From NCBI GenBank assembly GCA_964016885.1, contig OZ024740.1, positions 438,278,001 through 438,342,000 on the forward strand: a stretch of DNA of 64,000 bases, written 5' to 3'. Under the pieces are notes generated by a model, which saw only the letters and a program-made list of their open reading frames with translations, was not told the origin of the DNA and ran no database searches. Shown piece by piece: positions 33,290 to 48,200 of this stretch (its first letter is position 1; every line of letters begins with the position of its first letter). This stretch comes from Eledone cirrhosa. Lineage: Eukaryota. The position numbers and the translations under genes were made by a program.

Positions 33290-36200
33290 TACAAACCTTT
33301 ATAATACATACCTTTATAGTACATACCTTTATAGAACATACCTTTATTGAACAGACCTTTATAGAATATACCTTTATAGAACATCCCTTTATAGAACATA
33401 CCTTTAGAGAATAGACCTTTATAGAACACACCTTTATAGAATAGACCTTTATAGAACATACCTCTATAGAACATACCTTTATAGAATAGACATTTATAGA
33501 ACATACCTTTATAGAACATACCTTTATAGAATAGACCTTTATAGAACATACCTTTATAGAACACACCTGTATAATACATAACTTTATAGAACACACCTTT
33601 ATAGAACATACCTTTATAGAACATACCTTTATAGAACACACCTTTATAGAATACACCTTAATATAACATACCTTAATAGAACACACCTTTATAGAACTTT
33701 TCTTTATAGTACATACCTTTATAGAACACACCTTAATAGAACATACCTTTATAGAACATACCTTTATAGAACATACCTTTATTATTATTACCTTTATAGA
33801 ACACACCTTTATAGAATACACCTTTATAGAACATACCTTTATAGAACAGACCTAAATAGAACATACCTTTATAGAACATACCTTTATAGAACATACCTTT
33901 ATAGAACAGACCTTTATAGTTACTACCTTTATAGAACATAGCTTAACACAACATACCTTTATGTAACATACCTTTATAGAATACACCTTAATAGAACACA
34001 CCTTTACAGAACACACCCTAATAGAACATGCCATTATAGAACAGACCTTTATAGAACATATCTTTATAGAACACACCTTAATAGAACATGCCTTTATAGA
34101 ACAGACCTTTATAGAACATACCTTTATAGAACACACCTTTATAGAACATACCTTTATAGTTATTACCTTTATAGAACAGACCTTTATAGAACAGACTTTT
34201 ATAGTTATTACCTTTATCGAACACACCTTTATAGAACATACCTTCATAGAACATACCTTTATAGAACAGACCTTTATAGAACATACTTTAATAGAACATG
34301 CCTTTATAGAACAGACCTTTATAGAACACACCATTATCGAACATACCTTTATAGAACATAACTTTATAGAACATACCTTTATAGAACATACCTTTATAGA
34401 ACACACCTTTATAGAACAGACCTTTATAGAACATACCTTCATAGAACACACCTTTATAGAACACACCTTTATAGAACATACCTTCATAGAACATACCTTT
34501 ATAGAACATAACTTTATAGAACATACCTTTATAGAACACACCTTTATAGAACAGACCTTTATAGAACATACCTTTATAGAACACACCTTTATAGAACAGA
34601 CCTTTATAGAACATACCTTTATAGAATATACCATTATAGAACAGACCTTTAGAGAACATACCTTTATAGAACATACCTTTATAGAACAGGCCTTTATAGA
34701 AAAGACCTTTATAGAACACACCTTTATAGAACAGACCTTTATAGAACATACCTTCATAGAACACACCTTTATAGAACATACCTTTATAGAATATACCGTT
34801 ATAGAACAGACCTTTATAGAACACACCTTTATAGAACATACCTTTATAGAACACACCTTTATAGAACAGACCTTTATAGAACATACCTTTATAGAACATA
34901 CCTTTATAGAACAGACCTTTATAGAACATACCTTTATAGAAAATACCTTTATAGAACATACCTTTATAGAACACACCTTTATAGAACATACCTTTATAGA
35001 ACATACCTCAATATAACATACCTTAATAGAACACACCTTTATAGAACATACCTTTATAGAACATACCTTTATAGAATATACCTTTATAGAATATACATTT
35101 ATATTACACAACTTTATAGTACACACCTTTAGCGTACATACCTTAATAGAACAGACCTTTATAGAACATACCTTTATAGTACATACCTTAATAGAACATA
35201 CCTTTATAGAACATAGCTTTATAGAACATACATTTATAGAACATAGCTTTATAGAACACACCTTAATAGAACAGACCTTTATAGAACATAGCTTAATAGA
35301 ACATAACTTTATAGAACAGACCTTTATAGAACATACCTTTATAGAACATACCTTTATAGTACAAACCTTTATAATACATACCTTTATAGTACATACCTTT
35401 ATAGAACATACCTTTATTGAACAGACCTTTATAGAATATACCTTTATAGAACATCCCTTTATAGAACATACCTTTATAGAATAGACCTTTATAGAACACA
35501 CCTTTATAGAATAGACCTTTATAGAACATACCTCTATAGAACATACCTTTATAGAATAGACATTTATAGAACATACCTTTATAGAACATACCTTTATAGA
35601 ATAGACCTTTATAGAACATACCTTTATAGAACACACCTGTATAATACATAACTTTATAGAACACACCTTTATAGAACATACCTTTATAGAACATACCTTT
35701 ATAGAACACACCTTTATAGAATACACCTTAATATAACATACCTTAATAGAACACACCTTTATAGAACTTTTCTTTATAGTACATACCTTTATAGAACACA
35801 CCTTAATAGAACATACCTTTATAGAACATACCTTTATAGAACATACCTTTATTATTATTACCTTTATAGAACACACCTTTATAGAATACACCTTTATAGA
35901 ACATACCTTTATAGAACAGACCTAAATAGAACATACCTTTATAGAACATACCTTTATAGAACATACCTTTATAGAACATACCTTTATAGAACAGACCTTT
36001 ATAGTTACTACCTTTATAGAACATAGCTTAACACAACATACCTTTATGTAACATACCTTTATAGAATACACCTTAATAGAACACACCTTTACAGAACACA
36101 CCCTAATAGAACATGCCATTATAGAACAGACCTTTATAGAACATATCTTTATAGAACACACCTTAATAGAACATGCCTTTATAGAACAGACCTTTATAGA

Positions 36201-37875
36201 ACATACCTTTATAGAACACACCTTTATAGAACATACCTTTATAGTTATTACCTTTATAGAACAGACCTTTATAGAACAGACTTTTATAGTTATTACCTTT
36301 ATCGAACACACCTTTATAGAACATACCTTCATAGAACATACCTTTATAGAACAGACCTTTATAGAACATACTTTAATAGAACATGCCTTTATAGAACAGA
36401 CCTTTATAGAACACACCATTATCGAACATACCTTTATAGAACATAACTTTATAGAACATACCTTTATAGAACATACCTTTATAGAACACACCTTTATAGA
36501 ACAGACCTTTATAGAACATACCTTCATAGAACACACCTTTATAGAACACACCTTTATAGAACATACCTTCATAGAACATACCTTTATAGAACATAACTTT
36601 ATAGAACATACCTTTATAGAACACACCTTTATAGAACAGACCTTTATAGAACATACCTTTATAGAACACACCTTTATAGAACAGACCTTTATAGAACATA
36701 CCTTTATAGAATATACCATTATAGAACAGACCTTTAGAGAACATACCTTTATAGAACATACCTTTATAGAACAGGCCTTTATAGAAAAGACCTTTATAGA
36801 ACACACCTTTATAGAACAGACCTTTATAGAACATACCTTCATAGAACACACCTTTATAGAACATACCTTTATAGAATATACCGTTATAGAACAGACCTTT
36901 ATAGAACACACCTTTATAGAACATACCTTTATAGAACACACCTTTATAGAACAGACCTTTATAGAACATACCTTTATAGAACATACCTTTATAGAACAGA
37001 CCTTTATAGAACATACCTTTATAGAAAATACCTTTATAGAACATACCTTTATAGAACACACCTTTATAGAACATACCTTTATAGAACATACCTCAATATA
37101 ACATACCTTAATAGAACACACCTTTATAGAACATACCTTTATAGAACATACCTTTATAGAATATACCTTTATAGAATATACATTTATATTACACAACTTT
37201 ATAGTACACACCTTTAGCGTACATACCTTAATAGAACAGACCTTTATAGAACATACCTTTATAGTACATACCTTAATAGAACATACCTTTATAGAACATA
37301 GCTTTATAGAACATACATTTATAGAACATAGCTTTATAGAACACACCTTAATAGAACAGACCTTTATAGAACATAGCTTAATAGAACATAACTTTATAGA
37401 ACAGACCTTTATAGAACATACCTTTATAGAACATACCTTTATAGTACAAACCTTTATAATACATACCTTTATAGTACATACCTTTATAGAACATACCTTT
37501 ATTGAACAGACCTTTATAGAATATACCTTTATAGAACATCCCTTTATAGAACATACCTTTATAGAATAGACCTTTATAGAACACACCTTTATAGAATAGA
37601 CCTTTATAGAACATACCTCTATAGAACATACCTTTATAGAATAGACATTTATAGAACATACCTTTATAGAACATACCTTTATAGAATAGACCTTTATAGA
37701 ACATACCTTTATAGAACACACCTGTATAATACATAACTTTATAGAACACACCTTTATAGAACATACCTTTATAGAACATACCTTTATAGAACACACCTTT
37801 ATAGAATACACCTTAATATAACATACCTTAATAGAACACACCTTTATAGAACTTATCTTTATAGTACATACCTTT
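33290..37875. repeat. Tandem duplication, period 2070/2085 bp (138/139 monomers), about 2.2 copies
   Basis: Offsets are 2070 (33223/35293, 33733/35803) and 2085 (34078/36163, 34288/36373, 35293/37378). The private variant GCTTAACACAAC occurs at about 33941 and 36026. Confidence 0.9.
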
Positions 37876-38519
37876 ATAGAAAACACCTTTATAGAACATA
37901 CCTTTATAGAATATACCTTTATAGAATGTACTCTTATAGAACACACCTTTATAGTACATACATTAATAGAACATACCTTAATAGAACATACCTTTGTAGA
38001 ACATACCTTTATAGAACATACCTTTATAGAACATACCTTTATAGAACATACCTTTATTATTATTACCTTTATATAACACACCTTTATAGAATACACCTTT
38101 ATAGAACATACCTTTATAGAACACACCTTTATAGAACAGACCTTTATAGAACATACCTTTATAGAACACACCTTTATAGAACACACCTTTATAGAACACA
38201 ACTTAATAGAACATGCCTTTATAGAACACACCTTTATAGAACAGACCTTTATAGAACATACCTTCATAGAACATACCTTTATAGAACATACCTTTATAGA
38301 ATAGACCTTTATAGAACATACCTTTATAGAACATACTTTTATAGAACATACCTTTATAGAACATACCTTTATAGTACATACCTTTATAGTACATACCTTA
38401 ATAGAACATACCTTTATAGAACATAGCTTTATAGAACACACCTTAATAGAACACACCTTTATAGAACATAGCTTAATAGAACATACCTTTATAGAACAGA
38501 CCTTTATAGAACATACCTT

Positions 38520-41500
38520 TATAGAACACACCTTAATAGAACACACCTTTATAGAACATAGCTTAATAGAACATACCTTTATAGAACAGACCTTTATAGA
38601 ACATACCTTTATAGAACATACCTTTATAGTACAAATCTTTATAGTACATACCTTTATAGTACATACCTTTATTGAACAGACCTTTATAGAATATAACTTT
38701 ATAGAACATACCTTTATAGAACATACCTTTATAGAATAGACCTTTATAGAACATACCTTTATAGAACATACTTTTATAGAACATACCTTTATAGAACATA
38801 CCTTTATAGAACACACCTTTATAGAATAGACCTTTATAGAACATACCTCTATAGAACATACCTTTATGGAATAGACCTTTATAGAACATACCTTTATAGA
38901 ACACACCTTTATAGAACATACATTTATAGAAAAGCCCTTTATAGAACACACCTTTATAATACATACCTTTATAGAACACACCTTTATAGAACATCCCTTT
39001 ATAGAACATAACTTTATAGAACAGACCTTAATAGAACATAGCTTTATAGAACACACCTTAATAGAACACACCTTTATAGAACATAGCTTAATAGAACATA
39101 CCTTTATAGAACAGACCTTTATAGAACATACCTTTATAGAACATACCTTTATAGTACAAATCTTTATAGTACATACCTTTATAGTACATACCTTTATTGA
39201 ACAGACCTTTATAGAATATACCTTTATAGAACATACCTTTATAGAACATACCTTTATAGAATAGACCTTTATAGAACATACCTTTATAGAACATACTTTT
39301 ATAGAACATACCTTTATAGAACATACCTTTATAGAACACACCTTTATAGAATAGACCTTTATAGAACATACCTCTATAGAACATACCTTTATGGAATAGA
39401 CCTTTATAGAACATACCTTTATAGAACACACCTTTATAGAACATACATTTATAGAAAAGCCCTTTATAGAACACACCTTTATAATACATACCTTTATAGA
39501 ACACACCTTTATAGAACATCCCTTTATAGAACATAACTTTATAGAATAGACCTTTATAAAACATACCTTTATAGAACATACCTTTATAGAACAAACCTTT
39601 ATAGAACACACCTTAATAGAACATACCTTTATAGAACATACCTTTATAGAATAGACCTTTATAGAACATACCTTTTTAGAACACACCTTTATAGAACATA
39701 TCTTTATAGAACAGACCTTTATAGAACATACCTTTATATTACACAACTTTATAGTACACACCTTTAGCGTACATACCTTAATAGAACAGACCTTTATAGA
39801 ACATATCTTTAGAGAAGATAACTTTATAGAATAGACCTTTATAGAACACACCTTTATAGAATACAGCTTTATAGAACAGACCTTTATAGAACACACCTTT
39901 ATAGAACATACCTTTATAGAACACACCTTTATAGTACATACCTTAAAAGAACATACCTTTATAGAACACACCTTTATAGTACATACATTAATAGAACATA
40001 CCTTAATAGAACATACCTTTATAGAACATACCTTTATTATTATTACCTTTATATAACACACCTTTATAGAATACACCTTTATAGAACATACCTTTATAGA
40101 ACACACCTTTATAGAACAGACCTTTATAGAACATACCTTTATAGAACACACCTTTATAGAACACACCTTTATAGAACACAACTTAATAGAACATGCCTTT
40201 ATAGAACACACCTTTATAGAACAGACCTTTATAGAACATACCTTCATAGAACACACCTTTATAGAACACACCTTTATAGAACATACCTTCATAGAACATA
40301 CCTTTATAGAACATAACTTTATAGAACATACCTTTATAGAACACACCTTTATAGAACAGACCTTTATAGAACATACCTTTATAGAACACACCTTTATAGA
40401 ACAGACCTTTATAGAACATACCTTTATAGAATATACCATTATAGAACAGACCTTTAGAGAACATACCTTTATAGAACATACCTTTATAGAACAGGCCTTT
40501 ATAGAAAAGACCTTTATAGAACACACCTTTATAGAACAGACCTTTATAGAACATACCTTCATAGAACACACCTTTATAGAACATACCTTTATAGAATATA
40601 CCGTTATAGAACAGACCTTTATAGAACACACCTTTATAGAACATACCTTTATAGAACACACCTTTATAGAACAGACCTTTATAGAACATACCTTTATAGA
40701 ACATACCTTTATAGAACAGACCTTTATAGAACATACCTTTATAGAAAATACCTTTATAGAACATACCTTTATAGAACACACCTTTATAGAACATACCTTT
40801 ATAGAACATACCTCAATATAACATACCTTAATAGAACACACCTTTATAGAACATACCTTTATAGAACATACCTTTATAGAATATACCTTTATAGAATATA
40901 CATTTATATTACACAACTTTATAGTACACACCTTTAGCGTACATACCTTAATAGAACAGACCTTTATAGAACATACCTTTATAGAACATACCTTTATAGT
41001 ACATACCTTTATAGTACATACCTTAATAGAACATACCTTTATAGAACATAGCTTTATAGAACACACCTTAATAGAACACACCTTTATAGAACATAGCTTA
41101 ATAGAACATACCTTTATAGAACAGACCTTTATAGAACATACCTTTATAGAACATACCTTTATAGTACAAATCTTTATAGTACATACCTTTATAGTACATA
41201 CCTTTATTGAATAGACCTTTATAGAATATACCTTTATAGAACATAACTTTATAGAACATACCTTTATAGAATAGACCTTTATAGAACATACCTTTATAGA
41301 ACATACTTTTATAGAACATACCTTTATAGAACATACCTTTATAGAACACACCTTTATAGAATAGACCTTTATAGAACATACCTCTATAGAACATACCTTT
41401 ATGGAATAGACCTTTATAGAACATACCTTTATAGAACACACCTTTATAGAACATACATTTATAGAAAAGCCCTTTATAGAACACACCTTTATAATACATA

Positions 41501-42215
41501 CCTTTATAGAACACACCTTTATAGAACATCCCTTTATAGAACATAACTTTATAGAATAGACCTTTATAAAACATACCTTTATAGAACATACCTTTATAGA
41601 ACAAACCTTTATAGAACACACCTTAATAGAACATACCTTTATAGAACATACCTTTATAGAATAGACCTTTATAGAACATACCTTTTTAGAACACACCTTT
41701 ATAGAACATATCTTTATAGAACAGACCTTTATAGAACATACCTTTATATTACACAACTTTATAGTACACACTTTTAGCGTACATACCTTAATAGAACAGA
41801 CCTTTATAGAACATATCTTTAGAGAAGATAACTTTATAGAATAGACCTTTATAGAACACACCTTTATAGAATACAGCTTTATAGAACAGACCTTTATAGA
41901 ACACACCTTTATAGAACATACCTTTATAGAACACACCTTTATAGTACATACCTTAAAAGAACATACCTTTATAGAACACACCTTTATAGTACATACATTA
42001 ATAGAACATACCTTAATAGAACATACCTTTATAGAACATACCTTTATTATTATTACCTTTATATAACACACCTTTATAGAATACACCTTTATAGAACATA
42101 CCTTTATAGAACACACCTTTATAGAACAGACCTTTATAGAACATACCTTTATAGAACACACCTTTATAGAACACACCTTTATAGAACACAACTTAATAGA
42201 ACATGCCTTTATAGA
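38520..42215. repeat. Patchwork duplications: 525-bp tandem repeat plus a 1.2-kb block repeated at offset 2010
   Basis: 38563/39088 gives offset 525. 39088..39609 matches 41098..41619 at offset 2010. The intervening 40206-40960 matches 36486-37240 at offset 3720. Confidence 0.85.
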
Positions 42216-45200
42216 ACATGCCTTTATAGAACAGGCCTTTATAGAACATACCTTTATAGTACATACTTTTATAGTACATACCTTAATAGAACATACCTTT
42301 ATAGAACATACCTTTATAGAACAGACCTTTATAGAACATACCTTTATAGTACATAACTTTATAGTACATACCTTTATAGTTACTAACTTAATAGAACATA
42401 CCTTAATAGAACATACCTTTATAGAACACACCTTTATAGAACATACCTTTATAGAACATACCTTTATAGAATATACCTTTATAGAACAGACCTTTATAGA
42501 ACATACCTTTATGGAACACACCTTAATAGAACACGCCTTTATAGAACAGGCCTTTATAGAACATACCTTTATAGTACATACCTTTATAGTACATACCTTA
42601 ATAGAACATGTCTTTATAGAAAATACCTTTATAGAACATGCCTTTATAGAACATACCTTTATAGAAAATACCTTTACAGAAAATTCCTTTATAGAACATA
42701 CCTTTATAGAACATACCTTTATAGAACATACCTTTATAGAAAACACCTTAATAGAACATACCTTTATAGAACATACCTTTATAGAACATACCTTTATAGA
42801 ACATACCTTTATAGAACATGCCTTTATAGAATATACCTTTATAGAATATACCTTTATAGAACAGACCTTTATAGAACATACCTTTATAGAATATACCTTT
42901 AGAGAATATACCTTTATAGAACATACCTTTAGAGAACATACCTTTATAGAACATACCTTTATAGAACATACCTTTATAGAACACACCTTAAGAGAACATA
43001 CCTTTTTAGAACATAACTTTATAGAACATACCTTTATAGAACATACCTTTATAGAACAGACCTTTATAGAACATACCTTTATAGAAAATACCTTTATAGA
43101 ACATACCTTTATAGAACACACCTTTATAGAACATACCTTTATAGAACATACCTTAATATAACATACTTTAATAGAACACACCTTTATAGAACACACCTTT
43201 ATAGAACATACCTTTATAGAATATACCTTTATAGAATATACCTTTATATTACACAACTTTATCGTACACACCTTTAGCGTACATACCTTAATAGAACAGA
43301 CCTTTATAGAACATATCTTTATAGTACATACCTTTATAGTACATACCTTAATAGAACATATCCTTATAGAACATAGCTTTATAGAACACACCTTAATAGA
43401 ACACACCTTTATAGAACATAGCTTAATAGAACATACCTTTATAGAACAGACCTTTATAGAACATACCTTTATAGAACATACCTTTATAGTACAAACCTTT
43501 ATAGTACATACCTTTATAGTACATACCTTTATAGAACATACCTTTATTGAACAGACCTTTATAGAATATACCTTTATTGAACATCCCTTTATATAACATA
43601 CCTTTATAGAATAGACCTTTATAGAACATAACTTTATAGAACATACCTTTATAGAACATACCTTTATAGAACACACCTTTATAGAATAGACCTTTATAGA
43701 ACATACCTCTATAGAACATACCTTTATAGAATAGACCTTTATAGAACATACCTTTATAGAACATACCTTTATAGAATAGACCTTTATAGAACATACCTTT
43801 TTAGAACACACCTTTATAGAACATACCTTTATAGAACACATCTTTATAGAACATACCTTTATATTACACAACTTTATAGTACACACCTTTAGCGTACATA
43901 CCTTAATAGAACATACCTTTATAGAACATATCTTTAGAGAAGATATCTTTATAGAATAGACCTTTATAGGACATACCTTTATAGAACACACCTTTATAGA
44001 ACATACCTTTATATTACACAACTTTATAGTACACACCTTTAGCGTACATACCTTAATAGAACACACCTTTATAGACTATACCTTAATAGAACATACCTTT
44101 ATAGAACACACCTTTATAGAATACATCTTAATATAACATACCTTAATAGAACACACCTTTATAGAACTTATCTTTATAGAACATACCTTTATAGAACACA
44201 CCTTTATAGAACATACCTTTATAGAATATACCTTTATAGAATGTACCCTTATAGAACACAACTTTATAGTACATACCTTTATAGTACATACCTTTATAGT
44301 ACATACCTTAATAGAACATACCTTTATAGAACATACATTTATAGAACATACCTTTATAGAACACACCTTAATAGAACATGCCTTTATAGAACAGGCCTTT
44401 ATAGAACATACCTTAATAGTGCATAGCTTAATATAACATGCCTTTATAGAACAGACCTTTATAGAACATACCTTTATAGTACATACCTTTATAGTACATA
44501 CCTTTATAGAACATACATTTATAGAACATACATTTATAGAATATACCTTTATAGAACAGACCTTTATAGTACATACCTTTATAGAACATACCTTTATAGA
44601 ACACACCTTCATAGAACATGCCTTTATAGAACAGACATTTATAGAACATACCTTTATAGTACATACCTTTATAGTACATACCTTTATAGTTACTACCTTT
44701 ATAGAACATACCTTAATAGAACATACCTTTATAGAACACAACTTTATAGAACACACCTTTATAGAACACACCTTTATAGAACAAACCTTTATAGAATATA
44801 CCTTTATAGAACAGACCTTTATAGAACATACCTTTATAGAACACACCTTAATAGAACATGCCTTCATAGAACAGGCCTTTATAGAACACACCGTTATAGT
44901 ACATACCTGTATAGTACATACCTTAATAGAACAGACCTTTATAGAACATACCTTTATAGAAATACCTTTATAGAACATACCTTTATAGTAAATACCTTAA
45001 TAGAACATACCTTTATAGAACAGACCTTAATAGAACACATCTTTATAGAACACACCTTTATAGAACATAGCTTAATAGAACATACCTTTATAGAACAGAC
45101 CTTTATAGAACATACCTTCATAGAACATACCTTTATAGTACAAACCTTTATAGTACATACCTTTATAGTACATACCTCTATAGAATATACCTTTATAGAA

Positions 45201-48200
45201 CAGACCTTTATAGAACACACCTTTATAGAACATACCTTTATAGAACATACTTTAATAGAACATGCCTTTATAGAACAGACCTTTATAGAACATACCTTTA
45301 TAGAACACACCTTTATACAACAGACCCTTATAGAACATACGTTTATAGAATATACCTTTATAGAACAGACCTTTATAGAACATACCTTTATAGAACACAC
45401 CTTAATAGAACATGCCTTTATAGAACAGGCCTTTATAGAACATACCTTTATAGAAAATACCTTTATAGAAAATACCTTTATAGAACATACCTTTATAGAA
45501 CAAACCTTTATAGAAAATACCTTTATAGAAAATACCTTTATAGAACATACCTTTATAGAACATACCTTTATAGAGCATACCTTTATAGAACACACCTTAA
45601 TAGAACATACCTTTATAGAACATACCTTTATAGAACATACCTTTATAGAACATACCTTTATAGAACATACCTTTATAGAACATACCTTTATAGAACATAC
45701 CTTTATAGAATATACCTTTATAGAATATACCTTTATAGAACAGACCTTTATGGAACATACCTTTATAGAACATACCTTTATGGAACATACCTTTATAGAA
45801 CAGACCTTTATAGAACATAGCTTTATAGAAAATACCTTTATAGAACATACCTTTATAGAACACACCTTTATAGAACATACCTTTATTGAACATACATCAA
45901 TATAACATACCTTAATAGAACACACCTTTATAGACCATACCTTAATAGAACATACCTTTATAGAACATACCTTTATAGAACATACCTTTATAGAACACAC
46001 CTTTATAGAACATACCTTTATAGAATACAGCTTTATAGAACAGACCTTTATAGAACACACCTTTATAGAACATACCTTTATAGAACACACCTTTATAGTA
46101 CATACCTTAAAAGAACATACCTTTATAGAACACACCTTTATAGTACATACATTAATAGAACATACCTTAATAGAACATACCTTTATAGAACATACCTTTA
46201 TTATTATTACCTTTATATAACACACCTTTATAGAATACACCTTTATAGAACATACCTTTATAGAACACACCTTTATAGAACAGACCTTTATAGAACATAC
46301 CTTTATAGAACACACCTTTATAGAACACACCTTTATAGAACACAACTTAATAGAACATGCCTTTATAGAACATGCCTTTATAGAACAGGCCTTTATAGAA
46401 CATACCTTTATAGTACATACTTTTATAGTACATACCTTAATAGAACATACCTTTATAGAACATACCTTTATAGAACAGACCTTTATAGAACATACCTTTA
46501 TAGTACATAACTTTATAGTACATACCTTTATAGTTACTAACTTAATAGAACATACCTTAATAGAACATACCTTTATAGAACACACCTTTATAGAACAGAC
46601 CTTTATAGAACATACCTTTATAGAATATACCTTTATAGAACAGACCTTTATAGAACATACCTTTATGGAACACACCTTAATAGAACATGCCTTTATAGAA
46701 CAGGCCTTTATAGAACATACCTTTATAGTACATACCTTTATAGTACATACCTTAATAGAACATGTCTTTATAGAAAATACCTTTATAGAACATGCCTTTA
46801 TAGAACATACCTTTATAGAAAATACCTTTACAGAAAATTCCTTTATAGAACATACCTTTATAGAACATACCTTTATAGAACATACCTTTATAGAAAACAC
46901 CTTAATAGAACATACCTTTATAGAACATACCTTTATAGAACATACCTTTATAGAACATACCTTTATAGAACATGCCTTTATAGAATATACCTTTATAGTA
47001 TATACCTTTATAGAACAGACCTTTATAGAACATACCTTTATAGAATATACCTTTAGAGAATATACCTTTATAGAACATACCTTTAGAGAACATACCTTTA
47101 TAGAACATACCTTTATAGAACATACTTTAATAGAACACACCTTTATAGAACACACCTTTATAGAACATACCTTTATAGAATATACCTTTATAGAATATAC
47201 CTTTATATTACACAACTTTATCGTACACACCTTTAGCGTACATACCTTAATAGAACAGACCTTTATAGAACATACCTTTATAGAACATACCTTTATAGAA
47301 CATACCTTTATAGAACATACCTTTATAGAACACACCTTAAGAGAACATACCTTTTTAGAACATAACTTTATAGAACATACCTTTATAGAACATACCTTTA
47401 TAGAACAGACCTTTATAGAACATACCTTTATAGAAAATACCTTTATAGAACATACCTTTATAGAACACACCTTTATAGAACATACCTTTATAGAACATAC
47501 CTTAATATAACATACTTTAATAGAACACACCTTTATAGAACACACCTTTATCGAACATACCTTTATAGAATATACCTTTATAGAATATACCTTTATATTA
47601 CACAACTTTATCGTACACACCTTTAGCGTACATACCTTAATAGAACAGACTTTTATAGAACATATCTTTATAGTACATACCTTTATAGTACATACCTTAA
47701 TAGAACATATCCTTATAGAACATAGCTTTATAGAACACACCTTAATAGAACACACCTTTATAGAACATAGCTTAATAGAACATACCTTTATAGAACAGAC
47801 CTTTATAGAACATACCTTTATAGAACATACCTTTATAGTACAAACCTTTATAGTACATACCTTTATAGTACATACCTTTATAGAACATACCTTTATTGAA
47901 CAGACCTTTATAGAATATACCTTTATTGAACATCCCTTTATATAACATACCTTTATAGAATAGACCTTTATAGAACATACCTTTATAGAACATACCTTTA
48001 TAGAACATACCTTTATAGAACACACCTTTATAGAATAGACCTTTATAGAACATACCTCTATAGAACATACCTTTATAGAATAGACCTTTATAGAACATAC
48101 CTTTATAGAACATACCTTTATAGAATAGACCTTTATAGAACATACCTTTTTAGAACACACCTTTATAGAACATACCTTTATAGAACACATCTTTATAGAA

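Noticed and set aside
44071-44085. TAGACTATACC (also about 48421 and 52081) as an indel or insertion junction
   Set aside because: The monomer remains 15 bp and the register is unchanged; it is a double substitution.
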